Made by a program: the position numbers and the translations under genes. This document shows, piece after piece, positions 41,515-51,927 of a stretch of 64,000 nucleotides of DNA. Numbering within the stretch: position 1 is the first letter of the stretch; each line of letters opens with the position of its first letter. The notes beneath the pieces were generated by a model. That model made no database searches, had not been told where the DNA came from, and was given only the letters and a program-made list of their open reading frames with translations. This stretch comes from Desulfomicrobium sp. (lineage in GTDB: Bacteria; Desulfobacterota; Desulfovibrionia; Desulfovibrionales; Desulfomicrobiaceae). The stretch lies in assembly GCA_040768745.1 (NCBI GenBank), contig JAXGMI010000001.1, forward strand, positions 544,001 through 608,000. The letters run 5' to 3'.

Positions 41515-41709
41515 TGAGCCCCCTGTCCTGGAAAGTATGGCGACCGCCCGGTCTCGCGAGCAGTGGGCACACACTGAACGCTTTGCAAATGTAAATCAAG
41601 GACCGGCGCGGCGCAGTGGGCGGCATTGTCATTCCTTTCGTATTCTAGTAAAAATTATCTGTTTTGCGCATGTCAACATAACCATCACACGCCAGCGCAA
41701 GGAGATACC

Positions 41710-42891
41710 ATGCGATTTCTCGACGAAATGACCGTGAGCGGCAAAAGGGTCCTCATCCGCGTGGACTATAACGTGCCCCTGAAGGGCGATGTCATAGTGG
41801 ACGACAACCGCATCAAGCAGAGCCTTCCGACCTTGAACCTGGCCCTGGACCGCGGGGCCTCCCTGGTCATCTGCTCCCACCTGGGCCGTCCCAAAGGGGC
41901 ACCCGACCCGGCATTCTCCCTCAAACCGGTGGCCGCCCGACTGTCCGAGCTGCTGGGCCGGCAGGTCGTCATGGCCCCGGACTGCATCGGCCCCCAGGTC
42001 CAGGCCATGGCCCAAAGCCTTGCCCCAGGCCAGGTCCTGCTCCTGGAAAACCTGCGCTTCCACCCCGGAGAAACCAAGAACGACCCGGATTTCAGCCGCG
42101 AACTGGCGGGACTGGGCCAGGTCTATGTCAACGATGCCTTTGGCGCCTCGCACCGGGCCCATGCCTCTGTGGTGGGCGTGACCGAATTCATCGACGACTG
42201 CTGCGGCGGGTTGCTGCTCAAAAAGGAATGGCAATACCTCGGCGAGGCCCTCAAAGACCCGCAACGGCCTTTTGCCGCCATCATCGGGGGGGCCAAGGTC
42301 TCCTCCAAACTCGGCATCCTGAAGGCCCTCATGGACAAGGTCGATTCCATGATCGTGGGCGGGGCCATGGCCAACACGTTCCGCAAGGCCCAGGGCTTCG
42401 AAGTGGGCAAATCCCTGGTGGAGGATGAGCTCCTCGAGGACGCCATGGCCATCATGGTCGAGGCCCGGGAAAAAGGCGTCAAGTTCTATCTGCCAGTGGA
42501 CTTCATCCTCGGCACGGATCCCAAGGGCGGAATCGCCTCGGGCGTGCGCACCTACCAGGACATCCCGGCCGGCGAGATGATCCTCGACACCGGCCCGGCC
42601 TCGCACACCCTCTTTGCCGAAGTGATCAAGAACGCCAAGACCGTGATCTGGAACGGCCCCATGGGCGCCTTCGAAAACCCGGCCTTTGCCCAGGGCTCCA
42701 TCAACCTCTGCCGCGTTGTGGCCGCCCTTGACGCCATGACCATTCTGGGCGGGGGCGACACCAACGTCATTGTGGAACAAACCGGCCTGACGGACAAATT
42801 CTCCTTCATTTCCACTGGCGGCGGGTCCTTCCTGGAATTTCTGGAGGGCAAGGAAATGCCGGCCTTCACCGCCCTGGAGAAGAAGTCATGA
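41710..42891 (+). CDS. pgk: Phosphoglycerate kinase
   Basis: RVDYNVP, SHLGRP, LLENLRF, WNGPMG, STGGG. Confidence 0.98.
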   Translation: MRFLDEMTVSGKRVLIRVDYNVPLKGDVIVDDNRIKQSLPTLNLALDRGASLVICSHLGRPKGAPDPAFSLKPVAARLSELLGRQVVMAPDCIGPQVQAMAQSLAPGQVLLLENLRFHPGETKNDPDFSRELAGLGQVYVNDAFGASHRAHASVVGVTEFIDDCCGGLLLKKEWQYLGEALKDPQRPFAAIIGGAKVSSKLGILKALMDKVDSMIVGGAMANTFRKAQGFEVGKSLVEDELLEDAMAIMVEAREKGVKFYLPVDFILGTDPKGGIASGVRTYQDIPAGEMILDTGPASHTLFAEVIKNAKTVIWNGPMGAFENPAFAQGSINLCRVVAALDAMTILGGGDTNVIVEQTGLTDKFSFISTGGGSFLEFLEGKEMPAFTALEKKS

Positions 42892-43643
42892 AGAAGCTCA
42901 TGGCCGCCAATTGGAAGATGTACAAGACCGTGGACCAGGGCGTGGCCACGGCCCAGGAGCTGGTGCGCCTGCTGGCCGGCCGGCTGCCCAGCGACAGGGA
43001 GGTGCTCCTCTGCCCCCCGTTCACCATGCTCGAGGGCGTGTCCCGCGTCCTGGCGGACGCCCCAGGCTGCTCCACCGGAGCCCAGAACTTCTACCCTGCG
43101 GCCCAGGGCGCCTTCACCGGCGAGATCGCGCCAGACCAGCTTCTGGCCCTGGGCTGCACCTTTGCCCTGGCCGGACATTCCGAGCGGCGGCACATCATGG
43201 GCGAAAGCGATGAATTCGTGGGCCAGAAGGTGGCCTTTGGCCTCGCGGCCGGCCTCAAGATGATCCTGTGCATCGGAGAGACCATTGCCCAGCGCAGGGC
43301 CGGCCAGGTGGAAGACGTCCTGGAGCGCCAGCTGGAGGCGGGGCTGTCCGGCGGCCTGGGCGCCGCCACGGCCGAGAACCTGGCCGTGGCCTATGAGCCG
43401 GTGTGGGCCATCGGCACGGGCGAGGTGGCCGGCCCTGCGGAAATCCTGTCCGCCCATGCCTGCGTGCGGGACAAACTCAAGGCCATGCTCCCAGCCCAGG
43501 CAGACCAGGTGCGGATCCTGTACGGAGGATCGGTCAAGCCCGACAACGCCGCCACCATCATCCGCCTTGACAACGTGGACGGTGTGTTGGTAGGCGGCGC
43601 AAGTCTCAAAGCAGACAGCTTCAGCCAGATCGTGCTGGCCTAA
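42888..43643 (+). CDS. tpiA: Triosephosphate isomerase
   Basis: NWKM, GHSERR, AYEPVWAIGTG, YGGSVK, LVGGAS. Confidence 0.98.
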   Translation: MKKLMAANWKMYKTVDQGVATAQELVRLLAGRLPSDREVLLCPPFTMLEGVSRVLADAPGCSTGAQNFYPAAQGAFTGEIAPDQLLALGCTFALAGHSERRHIMGESDEFVGQKVAFGLAAGLKMILCIGETIAQRRAGQVEDVLERQLEAGLSGGLGAATAENLAVAYEPVWAIGTGEVAGPAEILSAHACVRDKLKAMLPAQADQVRILYGGSVKPDNAATIIRLDNVDGVLVGGASLKADSFSQIVLA

Positions 43644-43661
43644 TTCCCAGGAGGTACTTCC

Positions 43662-44012
43662 TTGAATTCTTTAATCATTACCATACACGTCATTGCCTGT
43701 GTCACCCTTGTGGTCCTTGTCCTGCTCCAGTCCGGCAAGGAAGGCATGGGGGTCATTTTCGGCGGTGGCGGCGGGTCCCTGTTCGGATCCTCCGGCGCCG
43801 GAAGCCTGCTCAGCAAACTGACGGCAGGTGCGGCGACCGTGTTTTTCCTTACCTCCATGGTCTTCACCTACATCAGCACTCAGAAGCACACCGCCCCCAG
43901 GGAATCCATCGTCCTGGACATGCCTGTGAACCAGGCCCCGGCAGGGCCGGCAACCGCCCCGGCGCAGGAGCAGAACGCCCAGCAGCCCGCAGGCCAGGAA
44001 AAATCACAGTAA
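43662..44012 (+). CDS. secG: Preprotein translocase subunit SecG
   Basis: VLLQSGK, FGGGG..FGSSG, LSKLT; classic tpiA-secG-tRNA-Leu synteny. Confidence 0.95.
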   Translation: MNSLIITIHVIACVTLVVLVLLQSGKEGMGVIFGGGGGSLFGSSGAGSLLSKLTAGAATVFFLTSMVFTYISTQKHTAPRESIVLDMPVNQAPAGPATAPAQEQNAQQPAGQEKSQ

Positions 44013-44106
44013 GAAACACTGGACAAACATGGTGGGCATGGCTAAACACTGCATCTCCGGTCGGGGGTGCGGTTTGCGCCGGGAAGATACGGAAAATTCG
44101 AGAGTT

Positions 44107-44191
44107 GTCGAAGTGGTGGAATTGGTAGACACGCTATCTTGAGGGGGTAGTGGGGTATCCCGTGGGGGTTCGAGTCCCCCCTTCGACACCA
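44107..44191 (+). tRNA. tRNA-Leu(GAG)
   Basis: Acceptor stem GTCGAAG/CTTCGAC plus ACCA, anticodon arm CTATC-TTGAGGG-GGTAG, long variable arm, GTTCGAGTC T-loop. Confidence 0.96.
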
Positions 44192-44200
44192 GACAAATTC

Positions 44201-44237
44201 GGGCCTTACAGTCAACAACCTGTAAGGCCCTTTTATT
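44201..44237 (+). terminator. Terminator after tRNA-Leu
   Basis: GGGCCTTACAG / CTGTAAGGCCC stem followed by TTTTATT. Confidence 0.85.
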
Positions 44238-44238
44238 G

Positions 44239-44533
44239 GGCTCATCCGGTTTGAGCGAACGCGCACAGATGGGTTATTACAGCAATACTTCGAATTTTCG
44301 ACAGAATGCACCGGTGTGAACATGACGTTTGATTCGTCATCGAGAGGCGTCTTCGCCGTGGCGATCCATTATGATTTGTCCGATTAAACCGGTGCGTCTT
44401 CATTCACCGAAAATCTGGATTGCTTCGTCGCTGACTCCTCGCTATGATAAAATTCAAATGCTGGTGCCCCGTCTTTTGCAAGTGCAGAGAGACCGAGACC
44501 CATAGACCCGCGGACGCTCAAACCGGATGAACC
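44239..44533. mobile_element. 295-bp MITE-like element with ISL3-like terminal inverted repeats
   Basis: GGCTCATCCGGTTTGAGCG (44239-44257) and CGCTCAAACCGGATGAACC (44515-44533) match at 18/19 positions as inverted repeats; no transposase inside. Confidence 0.65.
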
Positions 44534-44568
44534 GAGAAAAAAGACGTTTCCACCATTGCGATAGCAGG

Positions 44569-47500
44569 TCATGGTAAACTCTTTTTGAGACCAAACTTGC
44601 GTAATTTCGCGTAGAGCGTAGAGCGTTTGACGCCAAGGATCTGTTCCGCGCCGCCAGGACCGATCACCTTGCCCTGGGTTACCTCCAGCACATGCTTCAT
44701 ATATCGGATCGTCAGTTCCTCCACTGTGGGGAAATCCGCATAGAACGTCTTGAACTCGTTGCTCTCCTCAGGCTGGGACTCCTGTCTGCGCTGCCCCAAC
44801 AGCAGAAGATCCAAAGGGCCTCCAGTATTCAGAATAACTGAACGTTCCACCACGTTTTTCATCTCCCGGATATTGCCATGCCAAGGATAATGCTTGCATT
44901 TTTCGACTACTGTTTGATCCAATGGGGCAAAATGGCGTCCATATCGCGTGCTGAACTGTTCAATAAACAACTTCAGCAGCCCTGGAATGTCATCTTTGCG
45001 CTCACGCAACGGCGGTATCGTGATGGGGATGACGGAAACACGATAGTAAAGATCTTCTCTAAAACGTCCTTCCTGAACCTCATCCCACAAATTTTTGTTC
45101 GTTGCGGCGATCAGGCGGAAATCCGACTCGATATTTCGCGTCCCTCCCACCCGCATGAAAGTATGCTCCTGCAGGACGCGTAGCAACTTTACTTGAAATG
45201 ACAAAGGGATTTCCGCCAGTTCATCGATGAAGAAAGTCCCATTGTTCGCCAGTTCGAACAGGCCAGGCTTCTGCCTGTCAGCTCCGGTAAAAGCGCCTTT
45301 TTCATGGCCGAAAAACTCGCTTTCAAATAGATTTTCCGGGGTGCTGGCAGGGTGGACGGGAATGAAAGCACCTGTTCTGCCACTGAACTCATGAATCCGT
45401 CTGGCCAAGACCTCCTTCCCCACGCCGGTTTCACCAAGAATCAGTATGGTTGCATCGGACGCAGCAGCATGACGGGCCTGTTCCAGCGTTCTACGAAATC
45501 CGACCCCATCGTAATACTTCATGGCGGAATCATATGGCATGGAGAATTCGATATCGCCCATTTGCTGCAGATTACGCGTGCGAACCATGTTCATCCGGGA
45601 CAGAATCTTCAGTTCGCGCTCCATCGCTCGATGAAGACGCTTTTGCGCCTCTGCATCCATGGACACGAACGCGCCGGCAATATGGCTACTCTCCATGAAG
45701 AAACCATGCGTGCCTTCTCCGCAATTGGAAATCCTTAGACGGAGAGAAACCTTTTCCTGCGTGCAGGACAGCAGGCAATCCGGAGTACCGGGATACGCCA
45801 ACTCCTGAAGCCGTGAAGCATACGTCTGGGAGTCAAATTCCTGAGCCTGGACATTGCAGCCAAGTACATACCCCGCCTTGCCGTCCGGAAGTAGCCTACA
45901 CAGGACAGCGCGCTCAGCCCCCATTTCGCGCTGTACGGCATTGAGCAATGCACCTATCTGCGCCTCAACAGGCAGTGCGGGCCCAATATTTCCAATGAGG
46001 TTGAAGCAGCTTTCCAGACAGTCCGCCACCGAAGCCGGAAAAACATGTCCCTGCCATGGCATAAGATGCACAAAAGCATTGGCGGGTTGCAGCGTTGTTG
46101 ATGCAAAATCCGCCTGCGCCGACACCTCCAGCTTTTCGGCCTCTGCAACCCGGCCGCACCGTTTCAGCAGCGGCACAAGAAGCAGGGCGCTTCGGGCGGC
46201 CTCGCGCCTATCTCCACAACTGCGAAACGCCTCATGACTACTACGGAGCAGGCTTATCCCGTTCTCGACATCATCCCCGGCAAGCCGAAGCGCCTTCAGC
46301 CTAAAGGCCATGCCGTGGAGATGCCTGTTCTGTCTGCCAAGCACATTTTCTATTTCTTCATCTAGTCGATAGCCGGGGATGGGGGGCAAGCCCTTCGCCT
46401 CATAACTCGCCAGAAGCTCCAGCACCCATGTCGCCGTGTAGGCAAACCGCCCTATTCCATGTCGAAAACGCGAACGCATGCACTCCATCATGATGCGGTG
46501 CGAAACTTCAAGCTTGTCGGATTGGGCATGATGGAGTGCCAGAGCACGCCAAGCCCAAAGAAAGAGTTTGGGAGAGGATTCGGTATCCACGCAATCAATC
46601 ACGGCGGACAGATACTCCAACCCCTGTTCTGTAATTCCCATCTGCAGAAAATGTACAGCTAGCAAGATCTTCATCCACAGAATTTTATGCCTGTCTCCGC
46701 GTGCCTGCGCTTCGTGCAGGGCACTTTCGCAAATTCCTATACTTTGAGCATACTGGCAAAGTCGGCTTGCTGCCGGAGCCATGTACAACGGATACATTTC
46801 ATTGAAATACATACAGTTGAGCATCTGCGGACAATTATGCGCGAGATCGAAGGCAGAGTAGCACGCACGAAAATCTCCCCGCGCGTAGTAAAGAAAGGAC
46901 AAAAAGTAGCTGACCTGTCCCTCCATGTCGGCATCATCGAGCACTTTGATGGCGTTGAGCCCCTGTTCAAGCAAACTGTTCAGGCTTGTTGGATCTTCCA
47001 CTCCGGAGAGAATTTCCAGGCAGCCTCCCACAAGATTGATCAGAGCCTGGGCCCGCTGATCCCCCAGCATCTTGGCTACGCAGTGCGCCCGTTCCGAGAG
47101 CGCATGCGCCGCAGTCATACACACTCCCAGCGAAAAAGCGTCGCTCTGAGCCATAAGGATTACACTGACATAGTGACGTTTCTCAAGATCGCTCATGCTT
47201 CCATACGGACAGTCTTGCAGGCGGTGCACCAGCAGTTCAAGACAGATTGCCGCCCCGCTAAGATGCGAAGCAACTATCAACCGTTGCAAAAGCGTCTGCA
47301 ACAGGACGCAGGCTTCGAAAACACGCGAGTCGGCAAGCAGGACAAGGGTGCGTCCCGGAAGATCATCCTCGCGCGGGAAATATTTCTTGAATCCGCCGAC
47401 CAGTTCCTGATTGGACGAGGATGCCGCCAGAAGCCAGTGCGTTTGTTCCTCGTCACGTTCAGCAATTCCGAATTCAACCATGTCGTGGAGCAGACTGTTC

Positions 47501-47610
47501 TGCGTTTCGAGTGACAAGCCAAGAAACTGGCTAAGAGAGGCCGTAGTTAGTCCATTCGGAAATTCTCTAAGAAGCAATAGGGTTCGGAACGCGTCGTAGT
47601 TAAATGACAT
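44569..47610 (-). CDS. Large sigma-54 enhancer-binding protein (AAA+ and HTH) with long helical N-terminal region
   Basis: [60 protein letters not shown]. Confidence 0.92.
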   Translation of the reverse strand: MSFNYDAFRTLLLLREFPNGLTTASLSQFLGLSLETQNSLLHDMVEFGIAERDEEQTHWLLAASSSNQELVGGFKKYFPREDDLPGRTLVLLADSRVFEACVLLQTLLQRLIVASHLSGAAICLELLVHRLQDCPYGSMSDLEKRHYVSVILMAQSDAFSLGVCMTAAHALSERAHCVAKMLGDQRAQALINLVGGCLEILSGVEDPTSLNSLLEQGLNAIKVLDDADMEGQVSYFLSFLYYARGDFRACYSAFDLAHNCPQMLNCMYFNEMYPLYMAPAASRLCQYAQSIGICESALHEAQARGDRHKILWMKILLAVHFLQMGITEQGLEYLSAVIDCVDTESSPKLFLWAWRALALHHAQSDKLEVSHRIMMECMRSRFRHGIGRFAYTATWVLELLASYEAKGLPPIPGYRLDEEIENVLGRQNRHLHGMAFRLKALRLAGDDVENGISLLRSSHEAFRSCGDRREAARSALLLVPLLKRCGRVAEAEKLEVSAQADFASTTLQPANAFVHLMPWQGHVFPASVADCLESCFNLIGNIGPALPVEAQIGALLNAVQREMGAERAVLCRLLPDGKAGYVLGCNVQAQEFDSQTYASRLQELAYPGTPDCLLSCTQEKVSLRLRISNCGEGTHGFFMESSHIAGAFVSMDAEAQKRLHRAMERELKILSRMNMVRTRNLQQMGDIEFSMPYDSAMKYYDGVGFRRTLEQARHAAASDATILILGETGVGKEVLARRIHEFSGRTGAFIPVHPASTPENLFESEFFGHEKGAFTGADRQKPGLFELANNGTFFIDELAEIPLSFQVKLLRVLQEHTFMRVGGTRNIESDFRLIAATNKNLWDEVQEGRFREDLYYRVSVIPITIPPLRERKDDIPGLLKLFIEQFSTRYGRHFAPLDQTVVEKCKHYPWHGNIREMKNVVERSVILNTGGPLDLLLLGQRRQESQPEESNEFKTFYADFPTVEELTIRYMKHVLEVTQGKVIGPGGAEQILGVKRSTLYAKLRKFGLKKSLP

Positions 47611-47629
47611 GACATGGCTCCTTCAGTTT

Positions 47630-47682
47630 TTTCTAAAAACTGGAATTTTGCCAAATTAAGAAAAATTTCTAAATTAAGGAAA
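47630..47682. promoter_or_regulatory. Three tandem 17-bp imperfect palindromes at 18-bp period (candidate upstream activator sites)
   Basis: TTTCTAAAAACTGGAAT (47630), TTGCCAAATTAAGAAAA (47648), TTTCTAAATTAAGGAAA (47666). Confidence 0.55.
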
Positions 47683-47743
47683 CATTTTTTTCAATTTTTT
47701 TATAATATACTATATTTAAAAGATATAATTATTTATTTTCTCT

Positions 47744-47759
47744 TGGAACATTTTTTGCT
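47744..47759 (+). promoter_or_regulatory. sigma-54 promoter of the catabolic operon
   Basis: TGGAACATTTTTTGCT has GG-N10-GC spacing with TTGCT; it follows an AT-rich tract and is divergent from a GAFTGA-containing EBP. Confidence 0.7.
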
Positions 47760-47946
47760 GATTCGAAGGAAAGACCGCGCACGATGTGGCGAGGCCTGAA
47801 ACAGGGCATGCGGTCTCCGAGACATTCGGCTTCTCGGAAAACTGTGGCACGAGATGGCGCCGGGCGAGTCGGCATCACTCGAAACGCAGGTGATAATGGC
47901 TGAAAAATGCTCACCGTCATCCTCAACCCTCAAGGAGTAATGTATT

Positions 47947-48900
47947 ATGCGCCGCATACTGCTGAGTCTCATGGCTTTTTGCATTGCGTTTGTATTCGTT
48001 TCTGCTCCGGCACAGGCCGAGTATCCGGAACGCCCTGTCACCGTCGTTCTCGGCTTCGCCGCCGGTGGAGCCACGGATATTATGGCACGCGCCTTGGCTG
48101 ATCTCCTGTCCAAGGAACTGGGAGACACCTTCATCGTCAAAAACGTCACTGGCGCCGGCGGCACCATGGGCGCAGCCGAACTCGCCAAAGCCAATCCGGA
48201 TGGCTACACTCTAGGCTATTTTCCGGTTGGTACCATGGCCATCCAACCCAATCTTCGTAAGTTGCCTTACAATTGGGATGAGTTCACACCGATTAGCATG
48301 GTTTCTGTCAACCCAGTCGTTCTGGTCACTTCATCCAAGAGCCCTTGGAAGAATTTCCAGGATGCCGTCGATGACATCAAGAAAAATCCCAACAAGTATG
48401 TCTTCGCGAGCAGTGCTCCGGGCAGCTCGCCGCACTTCTGCATGCAGGCGCTGTTCTCGGCCCTGGGCCTGCAGGTTGTTCACATGCCCGCAAACGGATC
48501 CGCTGGGGCCATCCAGGCACTCCAGGCGGGAACCGTGCAGTTTTACGCCGATCCTCCAGTCATCATCAGGCAGTTCGACCTCGTGGGACTGGGGGTGTTC
48601 GGGGACAAGCGCATGCCTGAATACCCAGACATCCCGACATTCCGCGAACTTGGTATCAACGTTCCGAACTTCACGGGTTGGCATGCCTTCTGGGGACCTA
48701 AGAATCTTCCTCCCCAAATTTTGAGCAAGCTTGAAGCCGCAGCCGAGAAGGCTATCAACTCACCTGAATTCAAGCAGATCTGCCAACGTACCGACATGAA
48801 AAATACATTTATGTCTTCCACCGAAACAACTAGCTTCTTCGCCTCGGAATACAACAACTACAAGGCGCTCGCCGACCAACTCGGCATGGTTAAAAATTAG
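47947..48900 (+). CDS. Tripartite tricarboxylate transporter substrate-binding protein (TctC/Bug)
   Basis: Signal peptide, YPERPVTVVLGFAAGGATD, NVTGAGG, PDGYTL, PDIPTF.ELG. Confidence 0.92.
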   Translation: MRRILLSLMAFCIAFVFVSAPAQAEYPERPVTVVLGFAAGGATDIMARALADLLSKELGDTFIVKNVTGAGGTMGAAELAKANPDGYTLGYFPVGTMAIQPNLRKLPYNWDEFTPISMVSVNPVVLVTSSKSPWKNFQDAVDDIKKNPNKYVFASSAPGSSPHFCMQALFSALGLQVVHMPANGSAGAIQALQAGTVQFYADPPVIIRQFDLVGLGVFGDKRMPEYPDIPTFRELGINVPNFTGWHAFWGPKNLPPQILSKLEAAAEKAINSPEFKQICQRTDMKNTFMSSTETTSFFASEYNNYKALADQLGMVKN

Positions 48901-48912
48901 CCCCCAACAGCG

Positions 48913-48938
48913 ACCGGGGGAGGTGAACCTTCCCCGGT
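48913..48938 (+). other. Intercistronic stem-loop after the tctC-like gene
   Basis: ACCGGGGGAGG-TGAA-CCTTCCCCGGT with no U-tract. Confidence 0.6.
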
Positions 48939-48958
48939 GCCAACAAGGAGCGCGCCGT

Positions 48959-49933
48959 ATGGCAGGACATTATTCCAAAGTGGTGGTTTGCGGCGCCGGG
49001 GTCATGGGGCATTCCCTTGCAGTGCTTCACGCCCGAAGATCCGAAGTCTGGCTGACAGACATCAGCGAACAGGCGCTGCGCCGCGCCGTTCCACTAATAC
49101 GCAGTGCGCTTGAGACCATGAACCGGGCTGGCGCGCTTGACGAGGCCCCGGAAACCGTCATGGCGCGCATCTATTGCTCGACAAAACTGGCCAACTGTCT
49201 GCCGGGTGCGGATTTGGTCGTTGAAGCGATCAGTGAAAACGCCGAAACAAAACGCTCCTTTTTTGCTCAGCTTGTTGACGAAAACGACGGTACCGCCATC
49301 CTGGAGAGCCACACAATTGTTGCCAGCAACACGTCCTCTCTGGACATTTTTGCGCTTGCTCCCGCGCCTCTGAAACGTCGGCTTTATGGGGCACATCATT
49401 TCGTGCCGCCACACATCATTCCGCTGACGGAAATAGCGCAGCCCGCTGACCCGTTGCCCGGGGCCACGGACACGCTTCTGGAGCATTACCGGTCTGTCGG
49501 GGCAGTTCCAGTTCTTCTCGACCGCTTTTGCCCGGGATTCATCATCAACCGTATCCAGACAGCCATCCATCGTGAAATGTTCAAGCTGATTGAAGAAAAA
49601 ATCGTCGACGCACAAAAACTTGATCTCGCCGTCAAGGCCAGTTTGGGAATCCGCATTCCCGTTCTCGGCATCCTGAAACGCCTTGATTTCGCCGGGCTGG
49701 ATATCGTTGCGGGAAACATGACGCGCCTTGGGCTGACTCCTCCCGCGGCCATAAGCAAATTGGTCGCAAAAGGGGATTATGGGGTGAAAACCGGTAGGGG
49801 GTTTTACGATTATACCGACCGCACCACGGAATCCATATTCGAGGAACGCGACAAAGCCATGCTGTCAATACGCAGGGCCATGGAAAATGCCAATCTGCTG
49901 CTGCCGCGGCAGGAAAAGGAGCCATCTCTATGA
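48959..49933 (+). CDS. 3-hydroxyacyl-CoA dehydrogenase-family protein
   Basis: GAGVMG, EAISE, ASNTSS, HFVPPHIIPLTE, PGFIINR, GVKTGRGFY. Confidence 0.88.
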   Translation: MAGHYSKVVVCGAGVMGHSLAVLHARRSEVWLTDISEQALRRAVPLIRSALETMNRAGALDEAPETVMARIYCSTKLANCLPGADLVVEAISENAETKRSFFAQLVDENDGTAILESHTIVASNTSSLDIFALAPAPLKRRLYGAHHFVPPHIIPLTEIAQPADPLPGATDTLLEHYRSVGAVPVLLDRFCPGFIINRIQTAIHREMFKLIEEKIVDAQKLDLAVKASLGIRIPVLGILKRLDFAGLDIVAGNMTRLGLTPPAAISKLVAKGDYGVKTGRGFYDYTDRTTESIFEERDKAMLSIRRAMENANLLLPRQEKEPSL

Positions 49934-50382
49934 CGTACCGTTTTCAGGAACTTATGTTTGGCCTGTTCATGCTTGCTGTTGGCGGAGCTTTGATGCTCCA
50001 CTCGTTTTCCCCACAGTACGCATTGATGGCACAGGACATTCAAACCGGCCCCATGTTCTTCCCGCAAATCATTCTGACCATCTGGATCATTTGTGCCGTG
50101 GCGATGATCATTCGCGCATGGGGTGATGACGCAAAGAAGAAAGTGCCTTTCCAATGGCTGCGGGTTGCCGGAGCCGTCGCCATCATGTCCATGTTTATCT
50201 TCTTTTTCGACAAGATCGGTTACTTCCCTTCTGGCTTCTGCTGCTTTTTTGGCCTTGGCCTGATTCTGGGTCATAAGCATCCGGGACGTTTGCTGCTTGT
50301 CAGCATTGTCTACGCGGGATTCACGGATGTCCTGTTCCGGTGGGGTCTTAAACAGTATCTGCCAACCATGTTCGGTCTGTAG
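49930..50382 (+). CDS. TctB-family small membrane subunit
   Basis: Four TM segments, GPMFFP, terminal F..GL...LP; lies before tctA. Confidence 0.85.
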   Translation: MTYRFQELMFGLFMLAVGGALMLHSFSPQYALMAQDIQTGPMFFPQIILTIWIICAVAMIIRAWGDDAKKKVPFQWLRVAGAVAIMSMFIFFFDKIGYFPSGFCCFFGLGLILGHKHPGRLLLVSIVYAGFTDVLFRWGLKQYLPTMFGL

Positions 50383-50393
50383 GGGGTACAGCC

Positions 50394-51902
50394 ATGCTTG
50401 AATCTTTGGCCTCCGCCTTGCAGATGGTTTTTACGTTCGAAGCCATGCTCTGTCTGGTTGCCGGCACTTTTCTCGGGGTCGTCGTAGGTGCGCTCCCCGG
50501 CTTGGGATCAATACTGGGCATCACGCTCTGCCTGCCGTTCACATTCGGCATGAGCAATGCCGCCGCCATTTCCCTATTGCTTGGAGTCTATGCCGGTTCC
50601 GTATACGGGGGGTGCATATCCGCCGTCCTGGTCAACACTCCGGGCACGCCAGCGTCTGCGGCGACAACCTTTGACGGGTTCCCAATGGCACAAAAAGGCT
50701 TCGCCGAAAAAGCCCTGGGGTGGGCCACGCTGGGTTCTGTCTTTGGAGGCATGTTTTCCTGCGTGGTGCTGGTCATGTGCGCGCCGCAGCTTGCCTCCAT
50801 CGCTATGCTATTCGGACCTCCGGAAACCCTCTGTCTCATCTTCATGGGCATGACCTGCATATGCACCGTCGCGATGGGCGACATCTTCAAAGGGGTTCTT
50901 TCCGGCATGATCGGCCTGTTCTTTGCCAGCGTCGGTCAGGACGTCATGACCGGCGACGAACGTTTCACGTTCGGCTTCTTTCCTCTGGCAAGCGGTTTCG
51001 ATCTTGTCGCCGTGCTGGTTGGGGTCTTCGCCCTCAGCGAAGTCTTTGACCGGATTGATGTCGTAATCCGCCAGCAGATCACCAATATCATCAAATGCAA
51101 CGGGCTCAAAATGCCTTCGCTAAGCGAACTGGATAAATCCCGCTGGCTGCTACTCCTCAAATCCTCCGCTATCGGTTCCTTCATCGGCATTCTGCCGGGA
51201 ACGGGCACTTCGGCAGCGGTTTTTCTCAGCTATGGGGAAGCCCAACGCTCCTCTCCGCGGCGTGAGAACTTCGGCAAGGGCGAGCCTGATGGCATCATAG
51301 CTCCCGAAGCGGCCAACAACGCCGTCACCGGCGGCGCGCTGGTACCTTCACTTGCACTGGGGCTTCCCGGCGATGCCGTTACGGCCGTCATGCTGGCCAC
51401 GCTTATCATCCACGGCATCACTCCGGGAGTCCGCCTGATGCAGGACAGCCCCGACATCGTCTACAGCATGTTCCTGTCCCTGTCTTTGGCGAATCTCCTA
51501 ATAATCCCCTTCGGATGGCTGTGTGCGAAGGGCTTCTCCTACATGCTTAAACTTCCGGAATCCATCCTGCTGCCCATCATCACCCTTCTGTGTCTGCTGG
51601 GAACCTTCGGGGTCCGCAACAGTATGGTGGATCTGTGGACCTGCGTGATCATGGGCGCTTTCGGCCTGTTCATGCGTTATTTCAAAATGCCGCCTGCGCC
51701 GCTGGTCATCGGACTTGTACTCGGCCCGCTGTTCGAACTCAGTCTGCGTCAGACCTATCTGCTGAAACAAGGAGAAATGAGCCGAACCCTGACAGAGCAT
51801 CCCATTGCGCTGTTCCTCTTTATTGTGGCCGTCCTCATGCTGGTCTTCCCGATGCTTCGAAGACTGTGGAAAAGAATTAATGTCAATATATCCCATGCAT
51901 AA
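50394..51902 (+). CDS. TctA-family large permease
   Basis: GALPGLG, YGG.ISAVLVNTPGTP, PEAANNA, LGLPGD, GLVLGP. Confidence 0.93.
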   Translation: MLESLASALQMVFTFEAMLCLVAGTFLGVVVGALPGLGSILGITLCLPFTFGMSNAAAISLLLGVYAGSVYGGCISAVLVNTPGTPASAATTFDGFPMAQKGFAEKALGWATLGSVFGGMFSCVVLVMCAPQLASIAMLFGPPETLCLIFMGMTCICTVAMGDIFKGVLSGMIGLFFASVGQDVMTGDERFTFGFFPLASGFDLVAVLVGVFALSEVFDRIDVVIRQQITNIIKCNGLKMPSLSELDKSRWLLLLKSSAIGSFIGILPGTGTSAAVFLSYGEAQRSSPRRENFGKGEPDGIIAPEAANNAVTGGALVPSLALGLPGDAVTAVMLATLIIHGITPGVRLMQDSPDIVYSMFLSLSLANLLIIPFGWLCAKGFSYMLKLPESILLPIITLLCLLGTFGVRNSMVDLWTCVIMGAFGLFMRYFKMPPAPLVIGLVLGPLFELSLRQTYLLKQGEMSRTLTEHPIALFLFIVAVLMLVFPMLRRLWKRINVNISHA

Positions 51903-51927
51903 CAACTCTAACAGAGGTGAATAACAT

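Noticed and set aside
47845..47860. TGGCACGAGATGGC as a sigma-54 promoter
   Set aside because: GG-to-GC spacing is 9, not 10; the site at 47744 fits properly.
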